Below, piece after piece: positions 48,501-62,032 of a stretch of DNA of 64,000 nucleotides. The stretch's first letter is position 1; every line of letters starts with the position of its first letter. The notes beneath the pieces were generated by a model. It made no database searches, had not been told where the DNA came from, and saw only the letters and a list, made by a program, of their open reading frames with translations. Both the position numbers and the translations under genes were made by a program. Location of the stretch: positions 2,232,001 through 2,296,000 of the forward strand of contig JAYWIR010000008.1 in the NCBI GenBank assembly GCA_036172245.1, given 5' to 3'. The DNA is from Raillietiella orientalis. Lineage: Eukaryota.

Positions 48501-50969
48501 TTTTTATTTAACCTATACATGTACGATTTTGATTTCCATAAGTTTACATGTTTGATTTCAATTTACATTGAAGAGAGAGCACACAATGAAAAACAAAAAA
48601 ACACCTAGTTTGAGAACACATGCAACAACACACAACTGATTCTTTACAATTCCTTACAAGATACAGAAAACGTCGCAAATGAACATAAATCTTCGATAAG
48701 CACAGAAAAGAATGGAAATTTTGATGGAGATATTAAAAATAAAACATGTAACCAGGTCTAGAAACCATTCATTCTAAACTGATCATAGAGAAAAAATTGC
48801 AGCTGATGACCCTTAATATTCCACCAAAAAATGCATGCACTTAAATGCTAATTTTCCATATATTTAATGACAAGTTACGTAAAGGTCGTCCTGCATACTG
48901 ATAATTGGAATCAACACTGAAAACAATCAACACTGAAGCTTCTGAACATCTGTATAAATGTAACCAGTGAGGTATACAAAAAAACAGACACATGAAAATA
49001 TTCAAATACAAACAATTACTGCATTAGGAATTTTATGACTAAAAGTTATCCGTTTTTTCTTAATTTTTTAAGTAATTAAAAGACTGCAAGGGAAAAAGTA
49101 TGTATAATGAACTGATATAGTTTCTGGAGCGATCTTAAACTATAAGAATACAACATATTAGTGATAGTTTACATAAAATCTGCAATTCACAAAGCCTGGG
49201 AAATATCGTACTGCTTTCTGAACCACAGGGTATGTTTACTTGTTTACAATTCCAAGTTTAACTACAAATTAATAGCTCCAAATTTTGACCACTTAATGCT
49301 GACATGACTTAATGTTTACATGGCATTTTCAAGAGAGATTTGTAGCAAAAGCGAGATCCAAAGATTTAGCTAACAGAAAAATCACGTATGAGCCTTAAGT
49401 AATATGAACCAACATGCTATGCAAAAGCTTGTATCTAATTATATTTACAAAGGTATACTTTTTCTTTGGCTATGTATGTAACATTTAAGTTATTGCTTGA
49501 AATTGTGCACTGAAACTTATGAATTCATGATTACTTTTGAGGACAGAAAGGATTCAAACCAATACTATTTACAACTAAATGAAAATATTAGGCAAATTCA
49601 TATGGCATACAAAATTCCAATGGCTTTGCATAATGAATCAATTGTAAAATATTCAATGCAAAAACATTTTCACACAATAAATGAACTTTTAACGAAGACT
49701 CATACACATGGATTTTGTATGAAAGAATCTAGCCTTGCAATACCTTTTGTTCTTTAATCAAATCAAAGAACATTTTGGAGGACTCAGCAGTGAACACAGC
49801 TTTACTTCAAAATGATTCCTTCTCTTTTACCATAAGTATTACTACAGAAATATTGTTTTCATACTTTCAACATCCCAAGCAATCTCAAGTTTCAACTTGA
49901 TTCTCCTTCTCCCAGAAAGCTTCAAGACCTTCAACTGAATAATTCTTCCATTTGTTATGAACATTAATACTTCTCCAACATAACAAAATTTGAAACATTT
50001 TATTTTGATTAAAAAAGAAAAAACTGATGCCAAACATTCAGGAACAGTTGTACTTGAAAGTTGTTTAAGCACCAAAACTCTTAACTGCACACGAATAAAT
50101 TAAGAAACCTACAACTCTTGTATACAATTACAAGACTCAAATATAGCTTAATGATACTTGACTACAGTTAATTAATAAAACTACGTAATGTACACACTCA
50201 CATTTCAGTTACAAAATTTTATCCAGATGTTGCATTTATTAAAGCATATATAACTTGCAATTATAAATTTGAATTTGAAGATTAAAGAACTTACTGAAAT
50301 AATAAACATTTATTGTCAACTTCAATAGTACGCTGACCATCTTCAGAAGTATTTTTTTTGCAAACTGTGCCACCAAATTCTTTGTTGAGCATTTGCATAC
50401 CATAACATATGCCTAATACTGGCAGTCCTATTCTGAAAATGTCACTATCAAATTGAGGAGCATCTTCAGCATAAACTGATCCTGGCCCTCCAGATACAAT
50501 AATTGCTCTGCAGGATTAGAATTTTCAAAAATTTTTTTAGAGATGCAGGTTAAACAGACTACATAATTAAATTACAACAACTAAATCTGTCAGTATAAAT
50601 AACTACTTGAATTGATTTGTGAATGATGAAGTAATTAAGAACCAAAACTTGCATTAGAACACATTGATCAAAATTTCGAAAAAAAACTTATAACAATTGA
50701 TGCAAGTTTACAACTATAAGAACAAAACATTGACGTGCGCTGTTTCAGCCACACTAAATAAACTAAAATAAATACTCGAAATCATACCTAAAACCATTTT
50801 CTTTAATGGTGAAAGCTGGGGTATCTAGTGGGAGCATGATACACTCCACATTTAATTCACGCACTCTCCTGTCAATGACTTTCCCATACTGAGCTCCAGC
50901 ATCCAATATGACAATTTTTTCACTATTATTAATTCCATTATGGTAAACATCCAGTGCTGTATCAAGCAT
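42576..50969 (-). CDS. GMPS: GMP synthase (glutamine-hydrolysing). Exons 50969-50788, 50507-50295, 47387-47231, 47182-47039, 46909-46744, 46186-46038, 45977-45762, 45390-45211, 45114-44989, 43225-42995, 42915-42727, 42677-42576 (2055 nt, 684 aa)
   Basis: [32 protein letters not shown] (catalytic Cys), YGVQFHPE (His-Glu), PP-loop [47 protein letters not shown]-terminal [14 protein letters not shown]. All 11 introns are GT-AG and in phase. Confidence 0.97.
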
Positions 50970-51307
50970 ATTGGTGGACTATTAAATTCATAAATTGTAT
51001 TAGGAATTCTGGAACAACAGTGAAAAATAATGTAATCATCTGCAATTGGAATTTTAAAAATTTAGATCAAGCTACAAAGAAAAACCCAAACCATTAACTT
51101 TATCTTTATTGAATGTATTCAAATACATTTAATAAAGATTTGAAATATGCATCTAGAAACACCTGCAAATCCGGTCTTTCATTTGAACATGAAATACATG
51201 TCCGTGGCTTTAAGGAATAAGTTAAAACATTATAGCCGATTCAGATCTTCACTTATTTCTTGGACATTCCGACCAGAAAATCCGTGCACCATAAAATGGC
51301 AATCACC

Positions 51308-51343
<36 letters not shown>

Positions 51344-51534
51344 ACTTAATTTTTCACACATTTTGATTCCAAACTTGCATCAACATGGGAAACCGATTTA
51401 AACGAGGTCGGGCAAGGCAACAACGGGCAATCAAAATTAACCAAATGGCTGCATTCCTTCGTCAAAAACAAATTTAAAAACTCCCATACCAACTAACAAG
51501 TGACATGCTGGATGGAAACTCAAAACGGACTTAC

Positions 51535-51975
51535 TGATGCAAAACTGCGTTTTAAATGCAACCACTTATCAAAGGAATAAAGTCCATCGTGACAAAAACG
51601 CTTGGGCACCTTTTTTTTTTTTTGTTTCTTTCTTTCTTTCTTTATCTGTTCCTTAAAATTAATTTCACATGATATGGAAAGCAATGTGCAGCAGCAAACA
51701 CGAGCAACGGCAGCAGCAGCAGCAGCAGCAGCAGCAGAGTCTGCACGCGTCTTTTTCCGGCAGCCGCACGTTCGCACCACCTCTGTTGAGGGGGGGGAGG
51801 GGGGGGGAGGGAACAATTCGCTGGCTTAACAATACGGGGCGGCAGAGCGCATGCTCCCCGCCGCAGGAGCGGGAGGAAAGAGAACCAGCGGCACCTGACT
51901 CCCGGAGATGATCCCCTTAAGAAGACCCCCACCGCCACCCATCTCCTTGGCGGTTTCGGCAGGACGTTTATATAC
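51535..51975 (-). promoter_or_regulatory. Putative GMPS promoter and non-coding first exon
   Basis: Consensus donor GTAAGT at 51534 and acceptor TTCCAG ending at 51009, just upstream of the ATG. Local GC/CpG-rich patch; TATATAAA on the minus strand at 51974-51967. No transcript evidence. Confidence 0.45.
51710..51737. repeat. (GCA/CTG)n trinucleotide microsatellite, ~9 units
   Basis: Directly visible; lies in the putative GMPS 5' UTR exon. Confidence 0.9.
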
Positions 51976-54900
51976 TCCCGGCACACGCTGCATTTTCCGT
52001 CAATGGGAATGGTGTGGATGAACGCCTTCGTGCCAATTAAAGGGGTTGGTCCTGGGAAACCTGGCGTCCGTCGAGATAATTAGCCGGGGGAAGATTACCG
52101 CCTGAATCTCAATCAACCAGGAGGAATCTCATGCATTCTCAGCTTCGGCCTCCGGAGCAGCCCGCGCTCGGGTCGACACTTCCTGGAAACTATGCACAAC
52201 GAGCACGGAGCCGAGCGCTCGCAAAACGCATCCAGCCAAATCATGGAAATGAATACGCCCCCTCCGTGGCGCCTGATTTACCGAGACTTTCAATCAATGC
52301 GTAATTAAAGTGCATTTATATTCTTTCCACGGTGAGGAAGCAACGAAGTCACCAACGCGGGGAATTCAGGGATACCATACGAAAGTTTCTCCTGGGCACG
52401 CTCAGGATTCCGGCGCAGGGTCCCAGGCTCACCACCCAGATTCGAAGCATTTTTTTTTTCATCTTTATTTCCCCACGTGCTCTGAACCGTCAGTTGGGTT
52501 GCATTTCGGTACTTGAAGTTTCATACAAATCGATTTCTAAAATTTCTCGTGATTTGAAAGCTCCCGTTGAAAGCCATGCTCGGCTCTGAACGTGAAAGAC
52601 GTGATTTCTTACGTGCCTGCAGATTCTCATTTACATTCTCGAACGCACTTGTTTTCTCGAGCGTCAAATAACAGCAGCTCCTGTGCTTGAAAAGAAATTG
52701 CAAGAAAAACTTTATTGTAGGAATGCATTCATCGCGATTGCATGGAATAATGCAAAGAGTTTTTTTTTTCCTTTTCTTTTCTTTCAGCCGTTGATGATTT
52801 CTACAAACGCTGAAGTGAAAGAATCGTTTCACCGATGAAAATGTGAGACGGAATGGGCAAATGAACCTCCATAATCATTATCCTAGCAAAGAAAAGGCTT
52901 TGTGAAATTTTTGTGTTCCCTGGAACATTCCAGCCCTGAAATCGAAGGGCAATTATTCGAAGATTTCAGCTACCGAGGCAACTACAGCGGTCAACCAGGG
53001 ACGCTTTTTTTTCAAAGATGACACACACGCACAGAAGATAATATTTGCACCTAGCAACGGCACCGCCAAGATCTGAGTTCCAAAGAGGAGAAAAGACCAT
53101 CAATTAGGTTTTTAAAATTCGTGCTTATAAGAATCGAGTTCAAAAACAACCAGAATCAGAAAAGCAAAATCATTCAAAGTTCCACAGCTACGTTCGGTTC
53201 ACGCAGTTACCATCTCACTTCTAGCTCCTATCGTTTATTTCGAATGTAAGAGTTCTATTTAACATGTTATCTGGCATCTATAGAGTACCAAGAAGAAAAT
53301 TGAGGATTTGCGATTTTTTTTTTTTTTTTGACCAGGGATCCCAAACGGAATATATCTTTTCTGCCTATGGGTTCAACCAATACTTTGTTAATGAAGATTT
53401 TGATGAGCTTCTCTTGAATGGACTTTTTGTTGACAAACATCTGATGCCCCCCAAATTAATGCAAGCAAGAAACAGAGTGCAATTTACTCCTGCACTGTGC
53501 AACCGAATGCACATCCAATTGAAATAACGAAAACCTTTAAACGCGAGATTCTCATACGACGAAGATAGTAATTCTACTGAAAGATGTCAGATGTTGAACA
53601 CGTGTTTGTTTGTTTTTTCTGTTTTTTTTTTTCATCATAATTCAATCTCTATTACGTTTCTTCACGCTCAAAAGTGAGCTTTCATCCGAGCGATGGAAGA
53701 CCAACTAGAATATGCTTTTCGATCTTATCGGCACCTTGAGCGGAGTAAGAAGAATAATTAAGAGCAGTTCACTGTTTACATTTCCCTCCTATAAACAATC
53801 TGTCTTGCTCTTAGAGGCAATGCTTTAAAAAAAAAAAAAAAGATAATATGCCTTTGTCGAATACTCAAACCATGAACACCAACGTGGAAGTGAGCGCGGT
53901 AAATACTTTCTTGTGCTTTATTATTGTCGAATATAAAATAGATCTCGAGGAGGCAATAAGTCTTCCATAACTACCAGCCTGCAGTTGGATCATCATACGC
54001 GATGGAGTGCACCGGCACAGGGGCAACAGCAGTGACCTGAAGAAAGAGCTGATAGTAAAGAGCGTTTTATAATCTCTGCAAGATGGTGGAACGATGGGGA
54101 ATGCAATGCACCTGGTAAATCTGGAGCTTCGAATGGCTTTCGTTTCGCATAGCAGCTGTGCTCGCCCAAACACCTCGTGTTTTCTTTTTCGAGCTGTCGA
54201 AGTCGAAAACGCCGATCATCCATTTTTTTTTTTTTTTTTTTTTGTTTTGATCCCCTGATTAGTAGATAAGGAGCCGAGGTGCTTGACCGGTAGCATCAAT
54301 TTGTTATTTTAAGAGCGGTTGGTAGTAGAATGGCATTGCTGATCATGGACACAAGGGCGAGAGGGAAACCAGCGTTGGTACGATGCTCTGAAGATGACGG
54401 TGAGGCGAATTCTGGGTTCATCTCGGCCTGAGAATTCCCGATGTCTGGACGGCACTACCACAATTGCCCTGAAACGCACACCGAGAGCATTGGCCACGTA
54501 AGCCACGAGTTCTTTAGACAGGAGGTCGGATCCAAACCTATTGCGACGATGATGCTTCCTCGACTACGCCTGTTACGGATTTGCCGTGCCTCCGATGCAT
54601 GTGCATTGGCGCCTCGCCTTTGACCTCTTCCGCGTTGTCCGCAGAGCGCTTCTTTCCTCCTGGATATGCCACTACCTCACATGAAGAAGGCACCATAAAA
54701 GATGGAGGGGGAAGAGGAGAAGCGGTGAGAAGACAAGGGACTCGAGAACTAGAGGAAGAGAAAAGCGTTTGAAGCATCTGGAGGCTCTCTCTTACCCGCG
54801 CAGAAGCCTCGGCTAGGAGCCACCAAACAACTGGGTATTTCGCTAAGCTGCCCGCTAGGCTATCCGGGTCAAAAATGGCGTCCGCCGCAGGGCCAGAACC

Positions 54901-57349
54901 CCTATGAGATCGCATCTGCATCTCGCTGTAACTGTCACACATGTAAACCATAAACTACTAATAATGCTTCCCTTCTGTTCATTTTTTTACTAATTCTTAT
55001 AAGTTACTGCTCATTGCAAGGCTTTCGCCGGCCCTTAGTATATTACAGAAACGTTACTCTGCACTCTTTTCTTATCGTTACGACGTATTTGCTTGCTGTT
55101 CTATACTTGACGTGATCCATATGTTAGAGGGCATCTCAGCTCTTTCCCTAAGACGTGCTCAGAAGCGTCACAAAATACCAATTGAACTGTGTGAGCATCG
55201 AATCAGATGACGAAATGATTTTCGTGATAATATCCACTGCTTTATGAAATGGAACCGAATACTCATGTGAAATTGCGCGTGGATGCTGGATGCGATAAGA
55301 AATCTGAATTTCCTCTGACTGGTGTTTGCACGATGGATTGGAGGCACCCTCCGTAGGGAGTATCCCGTTGGTGACGAAAGCACACACGCAAAGACGTGCG
55401 AATCACTGGCAATTCGTCTGATTCGCACGTCTTCCCGGGAATCGCGGTTGCCATGATTATCCACTGGTTCAATAAGATGCCGAAACCCAAGGCAACCGCA
55501 GCGACGGAACTCCCCGCGAGCGTTGCAAGTGGATGCGCAGAGATGTGACGGAAGCACACACCGACTGACTCGACTGATGGCAAGGGATCGTCAGCGGTGT
55601 GGAAAGATGGGATGCTTGTGAGGAGCGGACACATCCCGTGGCAGGCGGTGGCCTCAGGGCCGGCCGAGGACTCACGCGCTCGCGCCGAAGAAAAGAGTAG
55701 GATGTCATTTTTCGTTTCTGTTTTGTCCCCTTCCTCCTGTGACCGGCAGCTGGTTCTTGAATCTCAGCACTCTCCGGATGGTTCCGCGCGGGAACGGAGC
55801 TTTGCTTAGGCTCTGGTGGAAAAAAATCGACTCTGACTAGGGTCACGCATTCTTGAAAAAAAGAAAAAAGGAAAACAAATTCAGATGCAGACCAACGCAT
55901 CCCTGCTCCTGAAACCATGGCTGAATCACCGGATGGTGCTGCAGCTTCCCGGTGTCGCAGGCTGCCAAGCATCAGAATAACAGCAAGGGAACCGGGAATC
56001 GATCGATCAGTCCTAAAATCGGGTAGGAAGAGCAGCACTTCGCCTGAAGGAGTTGCTGCCTTTCTCCTTCTTCTTCTTGCCCGCTCAACCGTGTGGGGAG
56101 CGGCACGCTGATTGCTGGGAGAAGCTGGAAACCTGGACGCCGGTGCACTACGCTCCAGGAAGGAGGAAGCGAGCGCGCGAGTGCGAGGAGAAACACAAAG
56201 AGATCCGCAACACTGCGGATGATCCGAAGTCCCCGCACGTGCAGAAATCGGCGAGCCGATTCAAACTGCATCGAAGGGAATCGAATTTGCCGTAATCGAT
56301 TACCAGAAACGATTGCGCTCATGAAGAATGCATTGCACCACAGGCGCTGCGCGAAGCACAGAGCGACCATTTTTGTTTTTTTGTTTTTTTTTTTCGGCCT
56401 CCTCCCCCCCCCTTCCCTCCTTCGGGATATACCTGGTCTCCCGACCGACTCCTCCATCTCAAAGAGGCAAAGAGAACGCCTTCTGCAAAAACATCTGCCA
56501 GTGGTTCCTGAGAGCCACCACCACCGCTGGTGCAGCAGAAGGCGCGTGCCGCCCACACTCTTCTCAGCTTCCCAACGACCCCCCTCCCCCCTTCGCCGCC
56601 GCTCGGGGAGGGCCGCGGCGGCGGCGCTGTGAACTGCACGCTCCGCCAATGGACGCATGCGATGAGTCAGGATGTGACGTAATTCAGTACGTCCTCAGAA
56701 AGTGGAAAATTTGAAAAATAAAATGACCGCGCCGTCGCCCATCAAAAAGATGATCAGGGATCCACTAGGGGTAATTACTGTCGGCAAACGAGAACAAGGT
56801 AGTTGGATTTACCAATCCTGCAATCCAGTGAATTTGGATTCTAAGAAACAATTCCAACTCCAGGGATTTTCCTCGTATTCAATTTGCCGGAAATCTTGCA
56901 CGTTGACGATGCATTTTTCGAGCAAAAATGCTGTGCGTTTGGTTCAAGTTAAGGCAAGAGCATAAATAGTTGCAGCAGTTTTGCGGACGACCTGGATATT
57001 ACCAAAAATTTCATCTTTGATATTTTTCGAAAATATTTTTAAATGTGCCCTTTTGAGAATAGTTATCGAATTAAGGATGATTACATGAAGGCATTCGAGA
57101 TTGAAAGCTCATTCAGGAGAGATTCATTTCTGCCTGCAGACCTGCATTCTGGAGGATTTGCGAACAAAAACTCTTTGGTGAGGAAACGAAGCAAACGGAA
57201 GAGTTACATTACTTTAGATGGATAAGCAGTCCAGTGGACAAAATTGCCAAATGAGAAAAAGGAGGACGTATGGAGACTTCCTCCACACCTCGTGAGTGCA
57301 GAAAATCGATCGTAAGTCTCAAACATTGCATCTGTTTGATTTCCTAATC

Positions 57350-58250
57350 AAGAACTAACCCTAAATTATGAGCGAATGGGCTACAGAGGCAGATGTACTT
57401 TTAGGAGATTGTCTGTCTTTACTCCTGCCAGTTTCGTTATTCGAATATAAGAAAAGGGCTGCTAATTGGAAGGATTAATTGAAAATAGTTTTCTGAATAA
57501 CCATGACAAAATACCGAAGCTATGATGGCTGACATGATGTCTTAACATGACGATGATGATGTTAAGTAGACTACTATTCAGCAGGATAAACCATTGATTG
57601 TACCTATTGATCACCGAACGTCTGAAATGTGTGTCGTTTTGGCTGCAAAGAGATTCGCAAAGACAACTAACAGACTTGATTGACCGTACATCTTACATGG
57701 GATGATCCAATGTGCTTAATTCTCCAAACAGCCGAAAAAGTCGTAACACCTGAATCACCGGATAGTGCTGTAGCAGCATTCAAGATAAACATTCTAAAAT
57801 GAGTTACTTTCTTAGAGTACTCAGTGTCTACCATTTGCTGAACATTCAGATTACGAAAATGCATAACAAAACATTTGCACCATTCTTCTCTCCTCGGTGC
57901 ACAAGGCGTTTCCTGCCATTTCAACACTTTCTATTGCGAAGAACCAAGTCACAGATTCACATTCATGTCTTCAGAGGTGTCCATCATCATGTTTTTCTTC
58001 TCCTGAAAAGAAAGCATGTTGATGTTTCCGCTCTTTGCGAACCCTGCACTACGCTCATCCTTCTAGAAATTAAACCAAACTTCTTGTTTCCCAAGATCGT
58101 GATCTTATTTGTTCCCGGTGCTTTGCAACCTGCCTTTCTGCCTGACTGCTTTCTGATCGAATACACCCATGAAGGCGGTGCAGAAGTCCTACTAACCTAT
58201 TCAGTGCCCATGAATTTCAGGCTCTCCATTTTACCTGTGTTCGGTCTTCC
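57350..58250 (-). mobile_element. Highly decayed LINE remnant
   Basis: Only KAPGTNKI and EEWCKCFV pre-RT-like motifs. Confidence 0.3.
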
Positions 58251-58791
58251 ATAATTAGATTGAAAGTCTGTATCAGTATACCGACAGATCTATAAGATCT
58301 ACGTCTAATTAGGGGCGGCCATTTGGATTGATGAAGCAGATAAAAGGTGGGTAGAAAGATGAGGAAGCTGGATTGCAAAAATGTACTTAACTTTGAGGAA
58401 GGCATTCCTGTACTCTCGTATATCCCTCTACTTTTATTCCCATCTCTCTCTAAGGCGGAATTCACAACCAAAAGGTTGAAGACTATCTTTGAAGACTATT
58501 TCGTGCTCCGTCTGTTTTATTTCCCTTTCCCAGGAAACCAGCCATCTCTATTTAGTAAAATCAAGTTACTCGATCTTGTTTCTCGAGGATTTTGGCAGCT
58601 TTTCAGATGAACTGGGACAATGACTAAGCAACAGAGCTTTTCCATTCCAGACGGTTGTTTCATTCAAGTGAAGCTGAAAAAGGTGGAGCAGACTGAGTTT
58701 CTTCAAGGCAGCATTTCAGGAGTTCGATTTGAGTTGAGACTCTGAGTTATCAAAAGTTCTGAGGATCTTTGAACGAAACGCCCGCGTCGGA

Positions 58792-59420
58792 GACCCTGTG
58801 GCTGCTGCGGTCTCAGCGCGTGGCACCACCAGGCGCCGCGGGTTCGAATACTCCGAAATGAATCGACTCAGCGCGCCGTGAGTGCGAGTTTCTCCCGCAA
58901 GATGACTCTGGTTGGCCTCCACTCATCCGGGTGCGGCACTGGCAAACCGGATGCCCCGACAAGGGTCGGGACAATGGAAGTCGACCTTCCGGTCCTTCCA
59001 GGAATCAAGGAGCGGGGAGCTTCCCCTCCGGTTGTGCAAAAGAGTGGACCCTTCATTCCGGGGAAACCCTTTGTCGGAGAGGTGTGGAGTAGGTGTATCG
59101 CCACCTCTCCTGAGAGTGCTCAGAAAGGAGCCGATCCCTTCAGGGAGCGACCCTTCAAAGAAACTGGGAAGGGTTCCTTCAGGGTTCTCTCCGGAGGAGT
59201 AAACAGGAGCGGCTCCCTTGCTGGTTCCCTCCGAAGAACGAATTCCTACTAGCGGACCCTCTCCGGGTTCCCTTCGGAGAAGAAAAATGGAGTGGACACT
59301 TCCGGGATGTCCCTCCGGAGAGAACAAGGAGGGAGATTCCCTTCAGGGCTCCCCTTCGGAGACAACCAGGGTGGAGGCGATCTCCATGCTGGGGATCCGT
59401 CTCCAGGTGTGAGAGGAATG
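58792..59420 (+). mobile_element. tRNA-derived SINE, copy S4 (3' part truncated)
   Basis: GACCCTGTGGCTGCTGCGG, GGGTTCGAATACT (58840), CCCGCAAGATGACTCTGGTTGGCC shared with S1, then repeated CCCTTCGG units. Confidence 0.7.
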
Positions 59421-59479
59421 GACTCCGAGCTCTGTTGACCTAGGATGCTGGAAACTTTTCAGGGTTTTTGCAGCTTTCC

Positions 59480-60107
59480 TTCCAGTTTTCTTTCTTTCTT
59501 TCTTTTTTGGTTCGACCAAGTCTCGAAGAAGAATTGTTCGTCTCCTCTGGGGGCTCACGAAGTCCTTTAACTAACCCTGTCCACGCCACCCAAGGGTGCG
59601 TGTATCAAGTTAGGGGTGCCCTGGAAGGGGACTCACCGTACCTCATGAATTCAGAAGGCTCCGGAGAAAAAACGGTCCGTTTTTATTGCGCTTTTCGGGT
59701 GGGAGCACCTCGTTGTAGTTGTCTCCGGAGGGGACTCTAGGAGACCACTCCTCATTTCCTTTTTAAGGGATGCTTCCCAATTTCTCTGGAGGAAGCTCCC
59801 TGAAGGGAATAGCGCACACTGGAGAGGCACTCCGAGGGGGGCATCAACCAGCTCCATGTCACCGCGGCTCCATTTTCACAACCGGAGGGAACCTCGAAGG
59901 GAATTTAGCTTCCAAATCTGGGCCAGTCAACGGGAGTATGCGGCTTCCACCAGTGACGCACCCGAGTAGGCCTCCAGCGCCATCCTGCAAAGGGAGGGGG
60001 ACTCGAAACCCACGACACATCCAACTTCTCGGCGTCGATCCCTCACCAAGTGGGAATTCGAATCTGCAACTCTTGGTACCACGTGCGGAGGCTGCAGCCA
60101 CACGGCC
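59480..60107 (-). mobile_element. tRNA-derived SINE, copy S5
   Basis: Minus strand GGCCGTGTGGCTGCAGCC, AGATTCGAATTCCC, CACTGGTGGAAGCCG, CCCCTAACTTGA, A-rich tail near 59480-59510. Confidence 0.7.
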
Positions 60108-60304
60108 ATCAACGAGGTAAGTATGTCCAGAAGCCTCCCCTTCTATAACCAGTGTTGTAACTGTGCACATGATCAATTAAAAGTTTCTAGATCTTTCTAG
60201 GTGCTCTTGGACTGGTCTAGAAGCTTTCCGTAGTGAAGGGAAACCAAGAAGCGTGAACTGAGTCTTTCTTCAGCTATTCCTTCCTTTAGCGAGACTGCTT
60301 AAGG

Positions 60305-62032
60305 TGTGGGCCGATGGGATCGTTCCCGCACCTCCTGCTGGACTGCGGTGCCCTGGAGAGCACATGGCGGAGACTCGCTACTGCGCTCCGCCGACTGCAG
60401 GACCCCCCTCTCTTCGGACTTGCTGCGGAGCTTCTTCACTCGAGGTAGGCTGAAGAAGGGCACCGGGTCGCAGCCATCTGTTGCATCCGCGCCTTGGTGT
60501 CCGCCATGTGTTGGAGTCTCGTTCGCAGCGAAGAGGGGCCACCAGCATGGCAGCCGCCTTCATGAGGACGGCTGCAAAGTGGTCTCACCTGTCAGAAAGG
60601 AACCGAGGACCTCCTGAGGAGAGCGCTCTGGGGCACAGGGAGGTCCCAAGTTCGCTTAAAAGACTTGTGTGCCCTGCGCAAGGATGGTGGATTGGGTCTC
60701 CTTACTCTGGAGTAGATGGAACGACAGCTCCAATTCCGAAGACTCGCCCTTGAAGCGAAGTTTTGGACAACGCCTTGGTGGGCACGCCTCCTCACCAGAA
60801 GAGCAGACGGTTGCGAAAGATTGACTTCGATTATCGTAGCCAACGACACCAGACTGAGGTAATGTGATCATCAGCTGCGTCGATTGGTTGCCTTGGTGCA
60901 GGAGAGCACATGGATCTCCTGCCTTCCCGCAAACTGCACTGCCTGGCTTCAGGAATCAGTTTGAGCACAGGGGAAGATCCACGGCTCGAGCGAGGCGGAG
61001 CACACCTGCCTCCGGAGAGGGAGGTACTCTCCACAACCCCTTCGGGAGATCGTATGCAACCCACGCAAACTGCTGTGAGTCCTCGTTCACCCCTCTTGCT
61101 CCAGTACTGCCCTCCTTGAAAAACGCTAGGGCTAGAGACCTCTCGGCAAGATGGGAAGTGGTCTGCCGTATCCAAGACAGGAAAAAGCTTTTAAACGCGT
61201 AGACAAATCGGCAGCTAACGGACGCTGCGATTCCGAGTGGTCCCGCCTAAAGGACTTCTACGCTGAGACAAGCTGCTCACGATAACTCAGGAGGACGTGA
61301 AGTGGCCCCCAGAGTGCTGGGACAGTGGCACCCTCACCCTGAAGTGGCAAGAGGTGGCGTTGCTAGTGTTGCATTGGGGAATCTCATGCAAGGCACGCCA
61401 CGCCTCCATCATCGGACGCTTGGGAGTGTGGATGCCAATCGCAGAAGTTGAGCAGAGAAGGAGACCTTCCCGCAATTACTGGTAGACAGTATCCATCTCC
61501 CAGCTTTCGGTTATCTACTCTCGTGGATACCTAAAATCCCGGTAGGCGGCCCTAAGAACATTTTTCCAGCGTCTCTTCATGCATGATGCCCTGCCGCCAG
61601 CCGCATCACTAGCAGTTCTCTGCTCTATATGCGGAATCGTGGCAAGCTGGAACGCCAGAAGAAGATGCCACAATAGCAGGGATGCCATCCATTCGACGGA
61701 ATCTTGAAGACCGCTTCCCGATGGCCTCAACTACAACCAAGGAATGCAGAATTTGTCAGCAATCGGAACAATGTGCAGAGGACGTCTCCGGGCTAACAGT
61801 GATCCCTTCCCCGCCCCCCTTTCCCCGAAAAACTCCCCCCCTTCTTTTTGTGTGTGTGTTTTTGTTTTGTTTTCCCTCCCCTTCTATGCTGAAGCGGACC
61901 TCACCGGTTTGCGTGCTGGTTTTTGGCAAGTCCTCTGCGCGTGATGGAACCAAGTCTTCTGCCACAATTTTGTAAACATCACGACTTTTACTATAATTTT
62001 TTATAATAAGCGCCCCGGAAAATCCGGATGAT
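60305..62032 (+). mobile_element. Family T LINE, degenerate thumb-to-3' end
   Basis: RRALWGTGRSQVRLKDLCALRKDGGLGL (~60620-60700), LKWQEVALLVLHWGISCKAR, UTR hairpins, AATAAGCGCCCCGGAAAATCCGG end. 5' boundary approximate. Confidence 0.72.

Noticed and set aside
48435..48505. AACTTAAGTT-type short repeats in a GMPS intron as a CRISPR-like or functional array
   Set aside because: Irregular AT-rich slippage repeats with no unique spacers, in a eukaryotic intron.
39136..50969. U12-type introns in RBM48 or GMPS
   Set aside because: No donor matches RTATCCTT; all look like U2-type GT-AG.
51520..51986. PolyQ/polyA/polyL ORFs around the GCA repeat
   Set aside because: Artefacts of the microsatellite; no other coding signal.
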